A program made the position numbers and the translations under genes. This document shows positions 32,824 through 36,761 of a stretch of DNA of 36,761 nt, in pieces. The DNA lies in IMG/VR virus record IMGVR_UViG_3300028600_000001, positions 1 to 36,761 of that record. The stretch is one strand, 5' to 3'. The notes beneath the pieces are model-generated. The model was not told the DNA's origin. It made no database searches and was given only the letters and a program-made list of their open reading frames with translations. Each line of letters begins with the position of its first letter. The stretch's first letter is position 1. This stretch comes from a virus.

Positions 32824-33486
32824 CTATGCCAACTGGCGTGCCGTAATGGAATAGCTGCTAAAAGATATAGTGGAGGCAACCCCTCCTATAGCTGTTGCTA
32901 CTAGGGTATAGCCATCCGTAAGGGGAACTGTTTCGTTAGCAACCCAGATAATAGAAAGATTTACTTCGGGTGACGTGCTAACCACAGCGCTCATAGAACT
33001 TTCAGCAATCGTTGTTCCGATAGTATCAGAAAACCTAAAGCTGTATTCCTGGTTCACAGAAGCCGAAACAGTAAAGGAAGCTACCAGTTTAAAAACCCCC
33101 GTTCCCTGGGGGAGTAAGCGTTTGGCGGGAGTTCCTCCGACTGTCATTCCACCAAAAGAAAAAGAATTAAAGGGTGCTACAACAGCAATCTCTGCAAAAA
33201 CGCCTGCGCCTGGATTGGCAAGCGTGGTCGTCCCGCCAGTTCCGGCTGCAATGCTAACCTGTCCAGCTTGTATGCCAATGGCGGCTATTTGCGCATCGAT
33301 TCCTGCTAAATTTCCTGCAATCGTAGTGTTAACCGGCGTGTAATTTACTGGAAAATGAAAAGCGGGTAGGGCAGAGAGAGCCGTCTTTGTGGTTACAAGA
33401 CTAGCTCCTTGCGCAGTGGCAGCTTCATCTGCGCCTTGAACAGGTAAAGTGGCCGCTGGCAACTGGATGATATGAGAATTAGGCAT
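32824..33486 (-). CDS. Small fibre paralogue family D, copy 3 (220 aa)
   Basis: N-terminal LPAATLPVQGADE...LSALPA...NYTPVNTTIAGNLAGIDAQI is shared with the two upstream genes. Confidence 0.6.
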   Translation of the reverse strand: MPNSHIIQLPAATLPVQGADEAATAQGASLVTTKTALSALPAFHFPVNYTPVNTTIAGNLAGIDAQIAAIGIQAGQVSIAAGTGGTTTLANPGAGVFAEIAVVAPFNSFSFGGMTVGGTPAKRLLPQGTGVFKLVASFTVSASVNQEYSFRFSDTIGTTIAESSMSAVVSTSPEVNLSIIWVANETVPLTDGYTLVATAIGGVASTISFSSYSITARQLA

Positions 33487-33500
33487 AGAAAAATCCCATT

Positions 33501-34142
33501 TTATACGGTGACAACAGTGAATATGAATTGGTCAACGACCAATGTGTCCACAACGCCAGCATTAGAAGCCAGAACCACAATAGGGGTGGGCGGGGGACCG
33601 GCCGATAAATCAACCAAACATCCTAAGCTCACTATCTCTCTTTGTGCCGCAACTCCATCTATTTGTTGAGTCAAAAAAAGGTTGGCGGGAGAAAGGCCGA
33701 CAGCCACAGTGTATAATTGAGTAATTCCAGGAGTTATTCTAAGAACCACATCCACCTGAAAAACTCCGGATGCATTAGAATCAATGGCACCTGATGGAGA
33801 AGGAATAACCGTATACCCTCCAACCGTGAAAGGCACCACCACCGGTAAATTTATTGCTGTAAGATTAGTATTAACTGCGATGAAGCCACCTGCTGCTCCA
33901 CCATTATCTACTCGACCTGCTTGAGGGGACAATCCCCCTACTAATTGCGCATCTATACCTTGAAGGTGACCGCTAATTGTTGAAGAAGCTGGAACATAGT
34001 TCGTTGGAGAATAGGAAGCCGGCAATTCTGAAAACGTAGATTTTACAGACTCAATCGTTGAAGCTTTCGATAAAAAGAATTCGTCTGCACCTAAAATAGG
34101 AAGAGATGCCGCAGGTAAATTGACCAGATTTCTATTTATCAT
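33501..34142 (-). CDS. Small fibre paralogue family D, copy 2 (213 aa)
   Basis: LPAASLPILGADE...FSELPASYSPTNYVPASSTISGHLQGIDAQL. Confidence 0.6.
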   Translation of the reverse strand: MINRNLVNLPAASLPILGADEFFLSKASTIESVKSTFSELPASYSPTNYVPASSTISGHLQGIDAQLVGGLSPQAGRVDNGGAAGGFIAVNTNLTAINLPVVVPFTVGGYTVIPSPSGAIDSNASGVFQVDVVLRITPGITQLYTVAVGLSPANLFLTQQIDGVAAQREIVSLGCLVDLSAGPPPTPIVVLASNAGVVDTLVVDQFIFTVVTV

Positions 34143-34151
34143 AAATGGTCT

Positions 34152-35015
34152 CTAGGTAGTAAGACGAATAACGCTAAAAGAAAAAGACTGGAATGTAAGA
34201 GTAGTAGCAGTTCCGGGCGTTTCTAAAGAACAAAATAGTACATATCCGTCCGTAAGGGGGGAACTAACTTGATCTATGAATGTTAAACGACCGTTCTCTA
34301 AAAGGCTGTTACCACAAGAAATCAGAGCTTGGGCGCTTAAAATTGGATTGTTATTTTTAGCAATAGAAAAAATATAATTTTGAGCTGCACCGGCCCCTGC
34401 ATCTACTTCAAAATTAATATCAATGGCATAAATTCCTTCAGTGCTAGGAAGAATAGCGAAGTCGGGAGAGGCGCCTATTACTACGTCCCCTTTCTGGAAC
34501 GTTTGAGCGGTGGTAAAGGCCACTTGCGCGGTAGCTCCTGTCGCAGGTACGTTTACCGTAGCTGGAACAGTAGGGGCGCCTGCTATGCGTACAGAGCCCG
34601 TAGAAAGACCAAGCTCAGTATCTATCCCACCTAAGTTACCGGCCACAGTAGATGAAAGAGCGGGATAATTTGATGGAGTATAGGAAGCTGGTAATTGGGA
34701 CAAAGGAACCTGAAGTGCGTCTAAGGTGCCTCCTTGAGAAATAGCAAAAACATCATCAGGCTGCAATGGGAGGGGAGCTGACGGTAATTGAGTAGTATTT
34801 CTATCGGGCAGCGCTCCACAACTGTCGATTAAAAGTAAGTCGTCTAAATTGGAGTCAATCAATAATCCCCAACCCACATCGTCGATCAGGAAAAAACATC
34901 CGTCCGGAGGAGGGGGCCTGCTACCCCCCACCCTTTCTGGCAACTTAAAAGGTGAATAGGCTACAAGATTAGCCGCGACAGCTTCTAAGTATCCTTCTTC
35001 CAGCTCTTCATCCAT
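34152..35015 (-). CDS. Small fibre paralogue family D, copy 1 (287 aa) with an extra acidic ~70-aa N-terminus
   Basis: LPSAPLPLQPDDV...LSQLPASYTPSNYPALSSTVAGNLGGIDTEL. Confidence 0.6.
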   Translation of the reverse strand: MDEELEEGYLEAVAANLVAYSPFKLPERVGGSRPPPPDGCFFLIDDVGWGLLIDSNLDDLLLIDSCGALPDRNTTQLPSAPLPLQPDDVFAISQGGTLDALQVPLSQLPASYTPSNYPALSSTVAGNLGGIDTELGLSTGSVRIAGAPTVPATVNVPATGATAQVAFTTAQTFQKGDVVIGASPDFAILPSTEGIYAIDINFEVDAGAGAAQNYIFSIAKNNNPILSAQALISCGNSLLENGRLTFIDQVSSPLTDGYVLFCSLETPGTATTLTFQSFSFSVIRLTT

Positions 35016-35017
35016 TT

Positions 35018-35380
35018 CTAAACACGCCCATGAGGAAGGCCATCCAACCGAACTCCCACAGAAATAGCTTGCGCGCTAATTATCGAAAGAGTTTCTCCGG
35101 CTTTTACCTGGCGTAATGCAGGGTTAGCTTCCGAAGTGCTGAGAGCAAATGCGGCTCCGGGCAACGTAGCTGCCCCATCCACGGATACCCAAATAGTAGA
35201 CCCCGGAGTGGCCGCAAATAATGCGTGCCAAAAATTAAATTTAGAGGGAACTACAAAAGATTGTGCGACGCCAGCTGCTAAATTAACGTTATAGTTAAGA
35301 GAAGAAAACTTTAAACCATAAGCGGTTCTCTTATTTAAATCTTGCGTCATTTGAAAGACGCTAGCTGCTTCTATGCTCAT
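35018..35380 (-). CDS. Hypothetical tail-module protein, 120 aa
   Basis: ORF packed tightly between the fibre genes. Confidence 0.5.
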   Translation of the reverse strand: MSIEAASVFQMTQDLNKRTAYGLKFSSLNYNVNLAAGVAQSFVVPSKFNFWHALFAATPGSTIWVSVDGAATLPGAAFALSTSEANPALRQVKAGETLSIISAQAISVGVRLDGLPHGRV

Positions 35381-35388
35381 AAATCACC

Positions 35389-36761
35389 TCAATAGCGAAC
35401 TTGATAGTATACACCAAAATTGGTCGGTCTCGTAGATATGCCTCCAGCGTCATCTCCCATAAAAGTATTAGCAAGGGCAGTGCTTACTAAATCTAATACG
35501 GGGATGGCCCCTCCTCCTGATCCAGCAGAAATGGGATGATTATGAGAAGCAAAATCCTGAATCTGAGAATAATGAGCCAATAGGTTGGTAGGGTAAGGAG
35601 ATTCGCTGAAGATAGTATCTTGCGGCGAAAAAATATCGCCCATTCCTCGCAGAGCCATTCCCCTCAAATCGGGTACGGCAACAAATACTGAATTGAGAGC
35701 GGCTTGTGTTTTTAAGGTTACCGCGCTTGCCGAGTCTCCACTCAAAACATCAACTTGAATTCCAGTTCTAGCGGCTAGGAGAGGATCAACTCCTGCGCCA
35801 TCAACCGTATACCAGAAATAGTAATCCCCATTACCTACGGTTGAAAACGTGACATTAGCACCAGGCGGGATAGCCCCTCCACCGACTGGGGCAATATTCA
35901 TTTGAGAATGGCCCCTAGCAGCTGCATAGCTGGCCATTGCAACATCTTGGGTAGTCCAAGTAGATCGAAGGTTAACTTGAATTGGGGTGCCAGCTAGCCC
36001 AGGGTCTACGCCCGCTCCATCCACTGTGTACCAAAGATACGTTTGATTACCCACGATCCCTTCATTATTAAAACCCAAGGAAGCGCCAGCCGGGGGGATG
36101 CCCGTTACACTAATGCTACCTACCGTACGCCCTAAATCAGTTTTTAGAAAAATAGATAGGTTAGAGCCTACAGAAGTATTAAAGTCAAGAGAGTCTCCGG
36201 GGAAAAACACGTTTGAAATGAAAACTAATGTGGGGCCAGAAATCTCGTTTGTATTCCCAAGATAGCAGTCAAATCTATGTCCCGTAGGAGTTCCGGGAGT
36301 AACTGGGAAAAAGGTAAAGCCAGTAGCAGGCACACCATCAGCAGGAACTGCTGGGATTCCTACCTGATTATTAGATAAGAAAAAATACGTAGGGGCCACC
36401 GAAGAAATAGCCGCATCTACAAAAAATGGACCACTCCCAAATTGACACACCCCTTGGGCTACTGAGAAATATTTATCATATAAACGAGAGTAAGGAATCC
36501 CCAGAGGGCTCACTCCGTTAACCGGATAACTTGATCCGTCCGCCAAAAGTAAATTGGTAGTGGTGCTTATTGAAGGGGGGACCGCGTTCCCTAAAGTGGC
36601 TTCTATGTTCCCTATTGAAGAAGCATCGGCCGAAAATCCTTCCGGAGTAAACACCACGGGCAAATAAAGATCATCGGTCGTATAAACTTTATTAGTTAGG
36701 CTTCTCGTTACGAAATCTCTGTCTGTGGTGACCGGAAATTCTGAGATTGCTAGATTTCCTT
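35389..36761 (-). CDS. Tail fibre, 3' part; C-terminal phage tail-collar-like domain
   Basis: The tracked M at 36663 is an internal TTG (Leu). The frame stays open to the window end and continues at 1106..1. C-terminal VPDLRGMALRGMG...SHNHP...TRPTNFGVYYQVRY matches the remembered tail-collar domain pattern (lPDlRGr...G.g...H.H...rP....v.y.I). Confidence 0.75.
   Translation of the reverse strand, partial: GNLAISEFPVTTDRDFVTRSLTNKVYTTDDLYLPVVFTPEGFSADASSIGNIEATLGNAVPPSISTTTNLLLADGSSYPVNGVSPLGIPYSRLYDKYFSVAQGVCQFGSGPFFVDAAISSVAPTYFFLSNNQVGIPAVPADGVPATGFTFFPVTPGTPTGHRFDCYLGNTNEISGPTLVFISNVFFPGDSLDFNTSVGSNLSIFLKTDLGRTVGSISVTGIPPAGASLGFNNEGIVGNQTYLWYTVDGAGVDPGLAGTPIQVNLRSTWTTQDVAMASYAAARGHSQMNIAPVGGGAIPPGANVTFSTVGNGDYYFWYTVDGAGVDPLLAARTGIQVDVLSGDSASAVTLKTQAALNSVFVAVPDLRGMALRGMGDIFSPQDTIFSESPYPTNLLAHYSQIQDFASHNHPISAGSGGGAIPVLDLVSTALANTFMGDDAGGISTRPTNFGVYYQVRY
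36635..36761. repeat. Terminal direct repeat, copy 2
   Basis: Identical to 1-127. Confidence 0.95.

Larger units (their letters stand above)
1..36634. mobile_element. Complete circularly closed dsDNA tailed-phage genome (podovirus-like, P22-like morphogenesis gene order); unique length 36,634 bp
   Basis: Bases 1-127 equal 36635-36761. A full set of packaging, head, tail, lysis, recombination and replication modules is present. No flanking host-like genes. Confidence 0.85.

Overview
The window is one complete tailed-phage genome. Bases 1-127 are identical to 36635-36761, so the unique circle is 36,634 bp. One 783-codon tail-fibre ORF runs across the window ends. Coding density is very high and no tRNA, rRNA, CRISPR array, integrase or partition gene was found.

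About 29 kb is read on the minus strand, in this order:
- An early block of roughly 25 small genes (23.8 to 17.7 kb), containing two internally duplicated gene families.
- A morphogenesis module with P22-like order and sizes: large terminase, a 730-aa portal with a long C-terminal coiled coil, scaffold, coat, adaptor, tail hub and a run of ejection proteins.
- Fibre genes.
- A Gram-negative lysis cassette: a candidate holin, a lytic transglycosylase (SLT) and overlapped spanins.

The plus strand carries a DUF1064-like nuclease gene, a basic protein, a four-gene cassette of repeat proteins (Sel1 repeats and DUF4116-like 23-aa repeats), a YqaJ-exonuclease/RecT module, a CsrA homologue with a Cys/His-rich N-terminal extension, and a membrane protein. 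A short minus-strand replication unit (an HTH protein plus a RepA-like initiator) sits beside a non-coding region that has an AT-rich tract, iterons and three DnaA boxes.

Main oddities:
- Four tandem paralogues wedged between the coat and adaptor genes.
- Three tandem small fibre paralogues.
- The effector-like repeat cassette.
- The extended CsrA, together with a GGA-dense non-coding region.
- A GTAAAGTAAAG motif at four core promoters (plus a partial copy) that is absent from the two consensus sigma70 promoters.
- Four 8-mers phased at exactly 11 bp upstream of the late promoter.
- An A8 tract where the two replication ORFs overlap.

All functional calls come from reading the translations and from remembered family motifs. 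No database search was run.
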